From: Anaerolineae bacterium
GTDB lineage: Bacteria; Chloroflexota; Anaerolineae; Anaerolineales; Anaerolineaceae
NCBI GenBank assembly: GCA_013178095.1
Contig: JABLXK010000017.1
Span: forward strand, 2,475-66,474
Length of the DNA stretch: 64,000 bases
Direction of reading: 5' to 3'
Position 1 is the stretch's first letter. Each line of letters opens with the position of its first letter. The notes under the pieces are model-generated. The model was given only the letters and a program-made list of their open reading frames with translations, was not told where the DNA came from and made no database searches. Position numbers and translations under genes: made by a program. Positions 20,552 through 29,495 of this stretch are shown piece after piece.

Positions 20552-21157
20552 ATGAAACTGTCCAGCCATCAATCCTTCGAAGAGCAGGTTTTTAATCATG
20601 CGGAAGATTCCGATTCCTTAATTGAACAGAGTGATTTCCTTTCCTGCCGCTTTCAACGCTGTGATCTCGGCCAAGCCCAGCTCAAATCCTGCACCTTCCG
20701 TGATTGCCTGTTTGAAGATTGCGGATTGGAGATGATGCGCGTGGAAAAATGCGTTTTTAAAAATACGCAATTCGAACGCTCAAAAATGCTGGGCATCGAT
20801 TGGACGCTGGCTTCCTGGGGCAGGCGCGAGATCGCCCAGTTGATCAAGACCATTAATTTCAAGGATTGCGTGCTGAATTATTCCAGCTTCATGGGGCTGA
20901 ATTTGAACGGTATTCAATTCCTGAATTGCAGCCTGCTCGAGGTGGATTTTTCCGAAGCTTCGCTGCGGAAGGCGGATTTCAGCGGCAGCGACCTGCAGCG
21001 CGCCATCTTTCGCAATAGCAACCTGCGCGAGGCGGATTTTCGCAAGGCCAGGAACTATTCCATTTCCCCGCAATTGAACAATATCTCCCAGGCGCGGTTC
21101 AGTCTGCCGGAGGCGATGGCGCTGCTATACGCTATGGATATTCGCTTGGAAGAATAA
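20552..21157 (+). CDS. Pentapeptide-repeat protein (Qnr/MfpA-like architecture)
   Basis: 201 aa, almost entirely A(D/N)LxX-type pentapeptides (CRFQRCDLGQAQLKSCTFRDCLFEDCGL ... ADFSGSDLQRAIFRNSNLREADFRKA). ATG 20552 lies inside the listed 20387 ORF. Confidence 0.85.
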   Translation: MKLSSHQSFEEQVFNHAEDSDSLIEQSDFLSCRFQRCDLGQAQLKSCTFRDCLFEDCGLEMMRVEKCVFKNTQFERSKMLGIDWTLASWGRREIAQLIKTINFKDCVLNYSSFMGLNLNGIQFLNCSLLEVDFSEASLRKADFSGSDLQRAIFRNSNLREADFRKARNYSISPQLNNISQARFSLPEAMALLYAMDIRLEE

Positions 21158-21219
21158 AAAAATCCGCCCTTATATACTTTTTAATTTCTCTCCCACATAA
21201 TTGGCATTGAGCTTAAATA

Positions 21220-21245
21220 GGCATCCAGGCCGCAGCCTGGATGCC
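21220..21245 (-). terminator. GC-rich hairpin (possible terminator of an unannotated minus-strand transcript)
   Basis: GGCATCCAGG / CCTGGATGCC 10-bp stem with a 6-nt loop. The minus-strand tail is TATTTAAG. Confidence 0.35.
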
Positions 21246-21496
21246 AGAGAGAAAAATGAAATTCGGTGTTTTCGATTGAATCAGCCGCCGGCTTTCCAAC
21301 TCGGCTGCTGGAAACGCGAAACTGCGCTTCTCTGTTTATTATCTTACAATTTCGGTTGAATAACAACCTGAACCTTTGGCAATAATGAAATTGTGATGGT
21401 CATTTTCCTGATCGTGTTCACCTCCGTCAAGCGTTATTGATGATCAGAGCTCTCCTCCTCCCGAGAGGGTGCTCAACGGTATTGATTAAGGTTATA

Positions 21497-21529
21497 AAAA
21501 AGCCACCCGCTTGTTTCGGGTGGCTTTTC
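21497..21529. terminator. Strong bidirectional rho-independent terminator
   Basis: A5-AGCCACCCG (21501-21509), 7-nt loop, CGGGTGGCT (21517-21525), then T4. Confidence 0.75.
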
Positions 21530-21551
21530 ATGTACTGCGGTTGTTCGGTTC

Positions 21552-21650
21552 TTATTCCCGGACTGCGCCGACCCTTAATTTCGAATTGCCCTCAATAACC
21601 TGCATGAGGGCGATGGTAAGAGCCAAAGCTAGAGCCAGGAATGGATTCAT
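21552..21650 (-). CDS. Candidate 32-aa hydrophobic small protein (MNPFLALALALTIALMQVIEGNSKLRVGAVRE)
   Basis: ATG...TAA ORF inside a promoter/terminator-bounded unit. Weak SD (AAGG, 14 nt upstream). Too short for the ORF track. Coding status unproven. Confidence 0.3.
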   Translation of the reverse strand: MNPFLALALALTIALMQVIEGNSKLRVGAVRE

Positions 21651-21683
21651 CGGAATACTTGTTGCCTTAAAATTAATGGTGCT

Positions 21684-21711
21684 ATTATACGAGCATTCAG
21701 GAGAGTGTCAA
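21684..21711 (-). promoter_or_regulatory. Consensus sigma-70 promoter (minus strand)
   Basis: The minus strand reads TTGACA (21711-21706), 16-nt spacer, TATAAT (21689-21684). Confidence 0.55.
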
Positions 21712-21733
21712 TATTTTCAACCCGGGAGTTTTC

Positions 21734-22522
21734 TTACCCGCCGGATTCATCGCGGAAGTAACCCACCACAGTCTGATTGGGTAGATAGATAAATCCCTCC
21801 TCTTCGTGGCCGATTGCGGCTATTTTATCGGGTTGGCTGCCTGCCAGCCAGGCGGTGTAGGCAGCCGCCAGCGTGTTCAATTCCGCGCTGGAATACAGGT
21901 TGTCCGTGGGCAGCTTGTTATTCAACAACCGGTAGCGGGTGATTTCCTCAAAAAACAGCATGGCATCCGGCACCGGCAGGTTGCACATGCCCAACACCAG
22001 TTGACGCTGCAGCGAGCCCTCCAACGTATCCTTTCTCAGGGGGGAATGGCCTAACAGACTCCAGAATACGGCTTCTCCCTGGCATTCGAAAAACTGCTTT
22101 TCGGCGGAAGCATGCGGGTATTGCTCGTAACCCAGCTTGTGGATTTCATCGAATAATTGAAAACCCAGGCGCATCCAGCGCGGGCTGCGTTTTTTACTGG
22201 CCGGCGTGCGTGGAACCTGGATGCCGCGCTGCAGCAGCTCGTATTCCACCAGGCGGATATTGGCCCAATGGCTGAGCGGCGAACTGGGGGATAGGCGCTG
22301 GCGGATTTCCTCGCGCTTCAACAAGCCCTGGCTGGTGGTCATGGGCGAGTTGATAGCCGCGATCGCATTTTCCTGCCCGGCCAAAAAGGCGAAGGCATCC
22401 TTAAGGCTGCCGCTGCCGAGCGAACGGATCACCAGATCGCGGTCGATCACCGTGAAAGTGAACGGATGCGCGCGATCCGGGCAAACCTCAACGCCGATGA
22501 ATGTGGAGAATTTGACACTCAT
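21734..22522 (-). CDS. DUF429-like (predicted RNase-H-fold) protein
   Basis: 262 aa. FIGVEV...FTVIDRDL N-terminus and overall layout recall DUF429. No search done. Confidence 0.5.
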   Translation of the reverse strand: MSVKFSTFIGVEVCPDRAHPFTFTVIDRDLVIRSLGSGSLKDAFAFLAGQENAIAAINSPMTTSQGLLKREEIRQRLSPSSPLSHWANIRLVEYELLQRGIQVPRTPASKKRSPRWMRLGFQLFDEIHKLGYEQYPHASAEKQFFECQGEAVFWSLLGHSPLRKDTLEGSLQRQLVLGMCNLPVPDAMLFFEEITRYRLLNNKLPTDNLYSSAELNTLAAAYTAWLAGSQPDKIAAIGHEEEGFIYLPNQTVVGYFRDESGG

Positions 22523-22622
22523 GATGGGTTAAGTTTAGGCTGTTTCCAGCCAGATTGCAACACTTTCTTCGCGCTCGCAAGCTGCGTTATAATCGAAGCC
22601 GGGTTATTACAGGTTATTAATC

Positions 22623-23234
22623 ATGGACGAATTGGCATTGATTGCTGCGGCGCAGCATGGCGACCTGGATGCGTTCAACCGCCTGGTGCTGGCTTACCAG
22701 GAACAGGTCTACAACCTCGCTCTGCGTTTCCTTTCCGATGAGGATGCCGCCGAGGACGCCGCTCAAACTGCTTTTATCAACGCATTTCAAAACCTGCGGT
22801 CATTTCGCGGCGGCTCGTTCCGCGCCTGGCTGCTGCGCATTGCTTCCAATTACTGCCTGGATGAGTTGCGCCGCATGAAACGCAAACCTGCTCAACCGCT
22901 GGAAGCGACTGACCCGGAAACTGACGAAGAGATCGAAGATCCGATCTGGATGAAGGACGGCGGCCCGTTGCCGGAGGATCAGGTGGCGCAGAAAGAACTG
23001 GAATTTGTGATCCAGCGCTGCATTGAAAACCTGCCGCTGGATTTCCGCGCCGTGGTGCTGCTGGTGGATGTGAATGGTCTGGATTACCAGGCTACTTCGC
23101 AAGCCGCGCGCATCCCGGTGGGAACCGTGCGCAGCCGGCTGGCACGTGCCCGGCAAAGGTTGCAGGATTGCCTGCGATCGGCCTGGGAACTTCTGCCTGA
23201 AAAATATCGTCTATCTGATGAGGGTAGCGCATGA
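22623..23234 (+). CDS. ECF-type RNA polymerase sigma factor
   Basis: Region 2 (FNRLVLAYQEQVYNLALRFL ... AEDAAQTAFINAF) and region 4 HTH (DYQATSQAARIPVGTVRSRLARARQRL). Confidence 0.9.
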   Translation: MDELALIAAAQHGDLDAFNRLVLAYQEQVYNLALRFLSDEDAAEDAAQTAFINAFQNLRSFRGGSFRAWLLRIASNYCLDELRRMKRKPAQPLEATDPETDEEIEDPIWMKDGGPLPEDQVAQKELEFVIQRCIENLPLDFRAVVLLVDVNGLDYQATSQAARIPVGTVRSRLARARQRLQDCLRSAWELLPEKYRLSDEGSA

Positions 23235-24154
23235 TCCGAGAAACGCAAATCACCGATCGTGAATGGCTGCTGCTCTCTGCATATCTGGATGATCAGCTTT
23301 CCGAAAAGGAAAAGCGCCAGGTTGAGGACCTGCTGCAGGCCAAACCCGACAGCCGTATTGCGCTGGAGGGATTGAAGCGCACCCGCCGGGTATTGAAATT
23401 CCTGCCGGTGCGCAGGGTGCCGCGCAATTTCACGCTGAGCGCGGAGCAGGTGCGCAAACCCTTCCTGCCCTCGTTCTCCCGTGTTTTAAGCTATTCCTCC
23501 GCCCTGGCAGCCTTGCTGCTGGTGGTTGTTCTGGGTCTCGACCTGTTCTCCGGGGCGGGCAGCCCGGGTGCCAACCGGATCGCGGCGGCCAACGTGAGGG
23601 AACAAACTTCCCTGACAGCCGCGGATGAGAGCGCCAAACTGGCTGCCGGAAAATCACCGGCGATCATCTACTGGAACGGGGTGAACGCGCCGGTCATGGG
23701 CGCTTACGGCAAGGGCGGTGGTGGAGGTGGCATTGGCGGCGGCGGTTACGCATACGGCATGGGGGGAGGTGGCGGCGCTGAAGGAACGGAACCGGCTGCC
23801 GCGCCGCTGGCTGAATCCGCGCCGGCTGCCAGGGTAGCGGAACCGAATGCCGCGGCAGAAATGGCGGCTCCGGCCGAGGAATCCGCCCCGGCTTTGGAAA
23901 TGGCGCCGGAAGCCGGGCAGATGGAAAGCCAGCCGCAGCCTCAGGAAGAGAGCGGTGCCTATGGACAGAACATCGGCGGCAGTTTTATGCTGGGCGTTCG
24001 GCCGGCTGAAGAACGGGGATTGATTTTCAACAGGTCAGGCGATTATGCGGTTGCATACACCGGAAAAGGTTTTTCGTGGCTTCTGGTGGAAATTGGCCTG
24101 GGTCTGGCGGCGCTGGCAACCGGTTTAACTGCCTTCCTGCTGCGTAAACGGTAA
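23231..24154 (+). CDS. Anti-sigma factor (membrane-spanning, Gly/Ala/Pro-rich extracytoplasmic part)
   Basis: ATGA overlap with the sigma gene. N-terminal LLSAYLDDQLSEKEKRQVEDLL anti-sigma helix motif. One central and one C-terminal TM segment. GKGGGGGGIGGGGYAYGMGGGGG run. Confidence 0.7.
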   Translation: MIRETQITDREWLLLSAYLDDQLSEKEKRQVEDLLQAKPDSRIALEGLKRTRRVLKFLPVRRVPRNFTLSAEQVRKPFLPSFSRVLSYSSALAALLLVVVLGLDLFSGAGSPGANRIAAANVREQTSLTAADESAKLAAGKSPAIIYWNGVNAPVMGAYGKGGGGGGIGGGGYAYGMGGGGGAEGTEPAAAPLAESAPAARVAEPNAAAEMAAPAEESAPALEMAPEAGQMESQPQPQEESGAYGQNIGGSFMLGVRPAEERGLIFNRSGDYAVAYTGKGFSWLLVEIGLGLAALATGLTAFLLRKR

Positions 24155-24228
24155 TCTTAACGCTTTGCCGTTTAAATCCAAAATCCCGCGTGCTATAATT
24201 AGAACAATCTTTCGGTTTAAAGAGGACC

Positions 24229-26559
24229 ATGGCACGCAAGACGACTAAACGATCTTCCACCAGAAAAAGCTCCCCTGGCAGCTCCCATCGCAGGCGCTCA
24301 ACTTCCAGCACGGCCCGCGTCAGCCGGCAACTGCGCAGCCTTTCCCCTGAAAGAAAATTGGATATCCTGGGCGTGCTGCTTTTGCTGCTGGGTGTGATCA
24401 CCCTGTTCGGTTTCTTCAACGGCAGCACTTCCGGATTGATCGGCGGCATCAATCAGGTGTTAGGCTGGATAGCCGGCCTGGGTGCGGTGCTTTTCCCCCT
24501 GATCTTGATTTTCCTGGGCATCTGGTTCCTGGTGCGGAATGAACAGCGTTTTCCCATGCTTTCAACGGAACGCATGTTGGGCGTGGTGTTCCTTTATTTG
24601 GATATATTGGCCTGGATGCATTGGTTCAGCGGCGGCGGTTGGGATCTGGCTGAAGCCGGGCAGGGCGGCGGTTACCTGGGCGGTTTCTTCGAACGCATCC
24701 TGGTGGTTACTCTGGGCGACTGGGGCGCGGCAGTGGTATTGATTGCCTGGCTGCTGCTTGGCCTGGCGTTCACCTTCGATCTTTCCATCCCTGATCTCTT
24801 CCGCAACATGACCAAGCCTGCGGTTAAAACCGGGGAATTTATCAGCGAGAAAACCGCCAGGATTGTTGAACCGCGAAAGGATGCCGGCGATTCGGAGAAG
24901 GTTTCCAAAAAACCGGTCTTTGTCAACGGGAACGGACATCCGGAAGGTTTTACACCCATTGCCAACAAACCGCTGAAAACACGGATTCTCGGCAAGGGTG
25001 ACAAGCCGGTCAATGATGCAAAGGAAGCAGAAGCCGCTCCGAACAGCGCACAAATGGCGCGGATTTTCCAGGCTTCCCAATCCGGTTTGAACTGGCGGCT
25101 GCCAAAAGTGGAGGAGATCCTCAACCCATCCATCAAGGCAGTCACTCGACAGAATGTCGATCAGGAAAGAGCGAAATTAATCGAAGAGACACTCACGTCG
25201 CTGAGCGCTCCCGGCCATGTGGTTGAGATCCATCGCGGCCCGACTTTCACCCAATTTGGGGTGGAACCGGATCTGATCCAAACCCGCAACGGCCAGATGC
25301 GCGTGCGCGTCAACAAGATCAATTCCCTGGCGGATGACCTGGCATTGGCACTGGCTGCCCCGCGCATCCGCATCCAGGCGCCGGTGCCCGGCCGCCACTA
25401 TATCGGCATCGAAGTGCCTAACGAAGAAACTGAGCTGGTTTCACTGCGCGAGGGCGTGGAGAGCAAATCCTTCCAGCATACTAATGCTTTCCTGCGTTTT
25501 GTGCTGGGCAAAGACGTGGCCGGCAAACCGATCGCCGTGGACCTCTCCGCCATGCCTCACTTGTTGATTGCCGGCACCACCGGTTCCGGCAAATCGGTAT
25601 GTATCAATGCCATCCTGTGCTGCCTGCTGCTGGATCGCACGCCCAACGAGCTGCGCCTGGTAATGGTAGACCCCAAGCGCGTGGAGTTGACCGGTTACAA
25701 TGGCATCCCGCACCTGCTTACGCCGGTGGTGGTCGACCCTGAAAAGGTGGTTGGCACACTGCAGTGGATGTCGCGCGAGATGGATAACCGTTACAAGAAA
25801 TTTGCCGAGGTCGGCGCGCGCAACCTGAGCGATTACAACAAAACCCAGCCGCAGAAGCTGCCCTACATTGTGGTGGTGATCGACGAGTTGGCGGATCTGA
25901 TGATGATGGCGCCGGAGGAAACCGAGCGCAACCTGAACCGATTGGCGCAATTGGCGCGCGCCACCGGGATTCACGTGATCATCGCCACCCAACGACCTTC
26001 GGTGGATGTGATCACCGGCAAGATTAAAGCCAATTTCCCTGCGCGCATTTCTTTTACAGTGGTCTCCGGCGTTGACAGCCGCGTGGTGCTCGACCAGCCC
26101 GGCGCGGAACGCCTGATGGGGCGCGGCGACATGCTTTTCCAGGCGCCGGACGCGCCCGCCCCCAAGCGCTTGCAAGGTGTTTACGTTTCGAATGAAGAAA
26201 TCCAGCGCCTGGTGCGGTTCTGGGTGGACCAGAAGAAAATGCTGGCGGCGGAAAATCCGCAGGCCGCGGAGCAAATGCCGCAGCAAGTTTTCCCCGGCGC
26301 CACCCTCACCCAGACACCCTTGTTCGATCAACCAGTTGAATCCAGCGAGGATCCGCTTCTAACCAAAGCCATTGCTATCGTACGCCAGGAGGAACGCGCT
26401 TCGATCTCCTTGCTGCAGCGCAAAATGAGCATCGGTTACATGCGCGCTTCACGCCTGGTGGAACGCATGGTGGAAATGGGTATTGTGGGAGAATCCGAAA
26501 CCGGCAGCGGGGTGCGCCCGGTGCTGGATTTTGGGGACGAGGAAGCTGAAGAAGGATAA
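24229..26559 (+). CDS. ftsK: DNA translocase FtsK/SpoIIIE
   Basis: N-terminal TM segments. Motor domain with Walker A GTTGSGKS, VVVIDELADLMM, IIATQRPSVDVITG. C-terminal winged-helix gamma domain (ASISLLQRKMSIGYMRASRLVERM). Confidence 0.95.
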   Translation: MARKTTKRSSTRKSSPGSSHRRRSTSSTARVSRQLRSLSPERKLDILGVLLLLLGVITLFGFFNGSTSGLIGGINQVLGWIAGLGAVLFPLILIFLGIWFLVRNEQRFPMLSTERMLGVVFLYLDILAWMHWFSGGGWDLAEAGQGGGYLGGFFERILVVTLGDWGAAVVLIAWLLLGLAFTFDLSIPDLFRNMTKPAVKTGEFISEKTARIVEPRKDAGDSEKVSKKPVFVNGNGHPEGFTPIANKPLKTRILGKGDKPVNDAKEAEAAPNSAQMARIFQASQSGLNWRLPKVEEILNPSIKAVTRQNVDQERAKLIEETLTSLSAPGHVVEIHRGPTFTQFGVEPDLIQTRNGQMRVRVNKINSLADDLALALAAPRIRIQAPVPGRHYIGIEVPNEETELVSLREGVESKSFQHTNAFLRFVLGKDVAGKPIAVDLSAMPHLLIAGTTGSGKSVCINAILCCLLLDRTPNELRLVMVDPKRVELTGYNGIPHLLTPVVVDPEKVVGTLQWMSREMDNRYKKFAEVGARNLSDYNKTQPQKLPYIVVVIDELADLMMMAPEETERNLNRLAQLARATGIHVIIATQRPSVDVITGKIKANFPARISFTVVSGVDSRVVLDQPGAERLMGRGDMLFQAPDAPAPKRLQGVYVSNEEIQRLVRFWVDQKKMLAAENPQAAEQMPQQVFPGATLTQTPLFDQPVESSEDPLLTKAIAIVRQEERASISLLQRKMSIGYMRASRLVERMVEMGIVGESETGSGVRPVLDFGDEEAEEG

Positions 26560-26583
26560 TTAAAAACCGACAAATTAATCAAT

Positions 26584-26649
26584 AGGTTGGGTTGAGCTGC
26601 GTGTAACCCAACACTTTGTTTAATATTGCGTTGCGCACCAACCCAACCT
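26584..26649. repeat. REP-like element of the GGTTGGGTT family
   Basis: AGGTTGGGTT (26584-26593) and AACCCAACCT (26640-26649) are inverted repeats with a nested GGGTTGAGCTGCGTGTAACCC. Related copies lie at 46328-46355 and 46521-46552. Confidence 0.5.
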
Positions 26650-26699
26650 GCATGATTTACTGGGTTTTGGGAAAGAAGTTGTTGATACGGAATAAGAAC

Positions 26700-26730
26700 A
26701 AGAGGCCGGGTTTTCAATACCCGGCCTCTT
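26700..26730. terminator. Hairpin between convergent ftsK and metK
   Basis: AAGAGGCCGGG / CCCGGCCTCTT 11-bp stem with a 9-nt loop. No clear U tract on either strand. Confidence 0.45.
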
Positions 26731-26757
26731 GTCTATCAGCCCTCCGAACCAAAACTT

Positions 26758-27972
26758 TTATTTGAGCGCGGCGGCAGCTTTGCGCAGCGCGTCGGCTTTG
26801 TCAGTGCGCTCCCAGGTCAGATCCAGGTCATCGCGGCCGAAATGGCCGTACGCGGCGACCTTGCGGAAGATTGGTTTGCGTAAATCGAGATCGCGGATGA
26901 TCGCGCCGGGGCGCAGATCGAAGTGTTCCTGCACCAGTTTGGCGATCTGATCGTCGGGTATCTGCCCGGTGCCGAATGTTTCCACGTTCACGCTCACCGG
27001 ATGCGCCACGCCGATTGCGTAAGCTACCTGGATCTCGCAGCGTTCCGCCAGGCCGGCAGCTACCACGTTCTTGGCCGCCCACCGCGCGGCGTAAGCTGCC
27101 GAACGGTCGACCTTGGTCGGGTCTTTACCGGAGAAAGCGCCGCCGCCGTGGCGGCCCATGCCGCCGTAAGTGTCCACGATGATCTTGCGTCCGGTAACGC
27201 CGGAATCGCCCATCGGGCCGCCGGTGACGAAACGGCCGGTCGGATTGACGTGGAAGATGGTCTGGTCGTCCAGCATCTCCGCCGGGATGACCGGTTTGAT
27301 GACGTGTTCGATGACGGCTTTACGGATTTCTTCCTGTGAAACCTCCGGAGCATGCTGGGTGCTGATGACCACGGTGTCCACGCGTACGGGTTTCCCAAAG
27401 CGGTATTCCACGGTTACCTGGCTTTTTCCATCCGGGCGCAGCCAGGCCAGCGTGCCGTCTTTGCGCACTTCTGCCAGGCGGCGGGTGAGCTTCTGCGCCA
27501 GGTAGATGGGCATGGGCATCAGGGCGGGGGTCTCGTTGCAGGCAAAACCGAACATCATGCCCTGGTCGCCGGCGCCGATGGCTTCCACTTCCGCGTCTGT
27601 CATCTGGCCGGATTTGGCTTCCAGGGCCTTGTCGACGCCCATGGCGATATCGCCGGATTGTTTTGCCAGAGCCACCAGCACGGCGCAGGTGTTGTAATCG
27701 AAACCTTTATCGGTATTGTCGTAGCCGATTTCTTTGATTGTGTTGCGCACGATTTCATCGTAGTTTAAATTGGCCTGGGTGGTGATCTCACCCAGCAGCA
27801 TGACAAAACCGGTTTTGGTGGCCGATTCACACGCCACGCGCGAACGGGGATCCTGCGCCAGGCAGGCATCCAGCACGGCATCGCTGACCTGATCGCATAA
27901 TTTGTCCGGGTGGCCTTCGGTCACCGATTCGGATGTGAACAGGTACTTGGCTGATTTCATCATTGTTTCCAT
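26758..27972 (-). CDS. metK: S-adenosylmethionine synthetase
   Basis: [65 protein letters not shown] 10 nt upstream of the start. Confidence 0.97.
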   Translation of the reverse strand: METMMKSAKYLFTSESVTEGHPDKLCDQVSDAVLDACLAQDPRSRVACESATKTGFVMLLGEITTQANLNYDEIVRNTIKEIGYDNTDKGFDYNTCAVLVALAKQSGDIAMGVDKALEAKSGQMTDAEVEAIGAGDQGMMFGFACNETPALMPMPIYLAQKLTRRLAEVRKDGTLAWLRPDGKSQVTVEYRFGKPVRVDTVVISTQHAPEVSQEEIRKAVIEHVIKPVIPAEMLDDQTIFHVNPTGRFVTGGPMGDSGVTGRKIIVDTYGGMGRHGGGAFSGKDPTKVDRSAAYAARWAAKNVVAAGLAERCEIQVAYAIGVAHPVSVNVETFGTGQIPDDQIAKLVQEHFDLRPGAIIRDLDLRKPIFRKVAAYGHFGRDDLDLTWERTDKADALRKAAAALK

Positions 27973-27994
27973 TGATTAGATAACCTCCAATGTT

Positions 27995-28027
27995 AAAAAA
28001 AACTGCCCCTTCTGGACGGAGGGGCAG
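27995..28027 (-). terminator. SAM-I riboswitch expression-platform terminator
   Basis: The minus strand reads CTGCCCC-TCCGTCCAGAA-GGGGCAG followed by T8, immediately downstream of the aptamer and upstream of the metK RBS. Confidence 0.8.
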
Positions 28028-28051
28028 GCGCAGTGCAAGAATTTGCGGTCC

Positions 28052-28175
28052 CTCTCATCTTCCAGAATTACCTTCTGCCGGAATTGGCACCAACGTGCAG
28101 CCGCATCGAATGCGAATGCCGCCAGGTTGCCGAGGTTTCACAGGGCCGATCCCTCCACCTCTCTGGATAAGAGAG
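28052..28175 (-). promoter_or_regulatory. SAM-I (S-box) riboswitch aptamer controlling metK
   Basis: The minus strand reads CTCTTATCCAGAGAGGTGGAGGGATCGGCCCTGTGAAACCTCGGCAACC...GGTGCCAATTCCGGCAGAAGG...GGAAGATGAGAG. This matches the conserved S-box core (CUCUUAUC.AGAG.GG..GAGGGA..GGCCC..UGAA.CC..GCAACC ... GGUGCCAAUUCC ... AGAUGAGAG). Confidence 0.93.
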
Positions 28176-28319
28176 CCATCTAGGGCTTTAAATTGTTAAT
28201 GGTCAATCTTATATCACAGGTTGAAATTGATGTCAAATTTCTATATAATGAAAATATATACAACTCGATTGATATAGTAAATATAAAGGGGATTAGTGCG
28301 ATGGTAAAAGGAAGGAATA

Positions 28320-29246
28320 ATGAACATAAGATGGAAACGATTCCTTTTTATAATCTTTGCGCTATTCGTTACAACCTTTAGTATTTCCGTTTCTAGCAGC
28401 CAAAGCCAGTTGACATCCTTTGGATTCTCATATCTCGATATAGATGCATATCCGGATGATCCTGTCTATCAACAGGTTGCTTTTCCTTTTGACAGTAATA
28501 ATATCTTGGCACTTTGTACACTGACTCATTATTGGCCATCTGGAGATAATGATATGGGGGCGATTTGCTCTTTTGAGAATTGGGATTGGACGAATCGTCG
28601 GCTGACTTTTATTGCCCGTTCATACGATTCCAACAGCGGTTTTTCAAGATTTCGGGCGGTATTAATCGACATGGATCTTTTCCCGATGATCGATGGTTTG
28701 TTTTTTGTAATAAAGGAAGGTTCAACATATATTCTCTACCAGAATCAAGAATATGACATCGACAATCCGGCGGTGTTCCATTTGGATAATTATGACGCCG
28801 ATTTTGTTCCAGTTATTTCCGTAATTGAATATTCTCCTAATGGCGATGATGATTTCAATTATTCCATCCAATTCGAAGGATACAATCAACTGACCTTTAC
28901 TGGTTTTAACGGAAATGACGGCAGTTATGCTTCAGGCTATGTCTATTTATTCAAGCCGAATTATGCCAACACCAGAGGTTATGATATGTTTGTGAGTTGG
29001 GGACAAATTACAGGAACAAATGGCCAGAATAATTCGCAGATCATCCCTCTGGCTTACCATGACCATGAAAGCCGTATGGGTATTCCAACCTTAACACAGT
29101 ACCTCCCGGGAAGTGCTGATGATTTCGAGGTTTATGGCCTAGTGAATCTATGGACGACCCCGGAGAGAGCTTTTTTGGTGGCTGATGCAGGAGATGCGAT
29201 CAGCTCAGCGGGTTTCTTGTATTCCGTTTTTACGATCTGGCCATAA
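28320..29246 (+). CDS. Orphan secreted protein with three internal repeats, in an AT-rich islet
   Basis: Signal peptide MNIRWKRFLFIIFALFVTTFSISVSSS. Recurring Y-x-P-x-G-(x)-D-D-F/M-x-x-x-x-x-F/L block at Y71, Y171 and Y261. No known domain recognised. Confidence 0.6.
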   Translation: MNIRWKRFLFIIFALFVTTFSISVSSSQSQLTSFGFSYLDIDAYPDDPVYQQVAFPFDSNNILALCTLTHYWPSGDNDMGAICSFENWDWTNRRLTFIARSYDSNSGFSRFRAVLIDMDLFPMIDGLFFVIKEGSTYILYQNQEYDIDNPAVFHLDNYDADFVPVISVIEYSPNGDDDFNYSIQFEGYNQLTFTGFNGNDGSYASGYVYLFKPNYANTRGYDMFVSWGQITGTNGQNNSQIIPLAYHDHESRMGIPTLTQYLPGSADDFEVYGLVNLWTTPERAFLVADAGDAISSAGFLYSVFTIWP

Positions 29247-29495
29247 AGCAAGATTTATCATTTCTGGAATAATGATCATGCTGATCACTCGCCAATTCGA
29301 CCTGAGTACGTGATTCGGTCTATGTTAATTAATCCACTAATTTATATACGAGAGCGTTGTGATTCCTGATTAGTTGCGCAGTCTATTTATTCCCTGCAAA
29401 TCCCTTGAATAAGATTTGGAATTTTCGCTATCCTTGCACGCTTCAATTTTTAGTGAAAAAGATTTCATAAAGAAATGGAAAGGGGTAAATAAGCG

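Noticed and set aside
21497-21711. Identity of the roughly 190-nt unit as 6S RNA, SRP (4.5S) RNA or another known housekeeping RNA.
   Set aside because: The 5' and 3' ends are not complementary (no 6S-type closing stem). The SRP domain-IV motif and tmRNA/RNase P signatures are absent. It is left as an unclassified candidate.
21511-21792. 93-aa plus-strand ORF, and the 61-aa ORF at 21181..21366.
   Set aside because: The first runs across a strong terminator hairpin, the minus-strand consensus promoter and the end of the DUF429-like gene. The second has no RBS and crosses a GC hairpin. Neither has recognisable sequence features.
28200-29495. AT-rich islet as a prophage remnant or integrative element.
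   Set aside because: There is no integrase, transposase or phage-like gene. No flanking direct repeats were found by eye, and no tRNA is at the border. Only the compositional anomaly remains.
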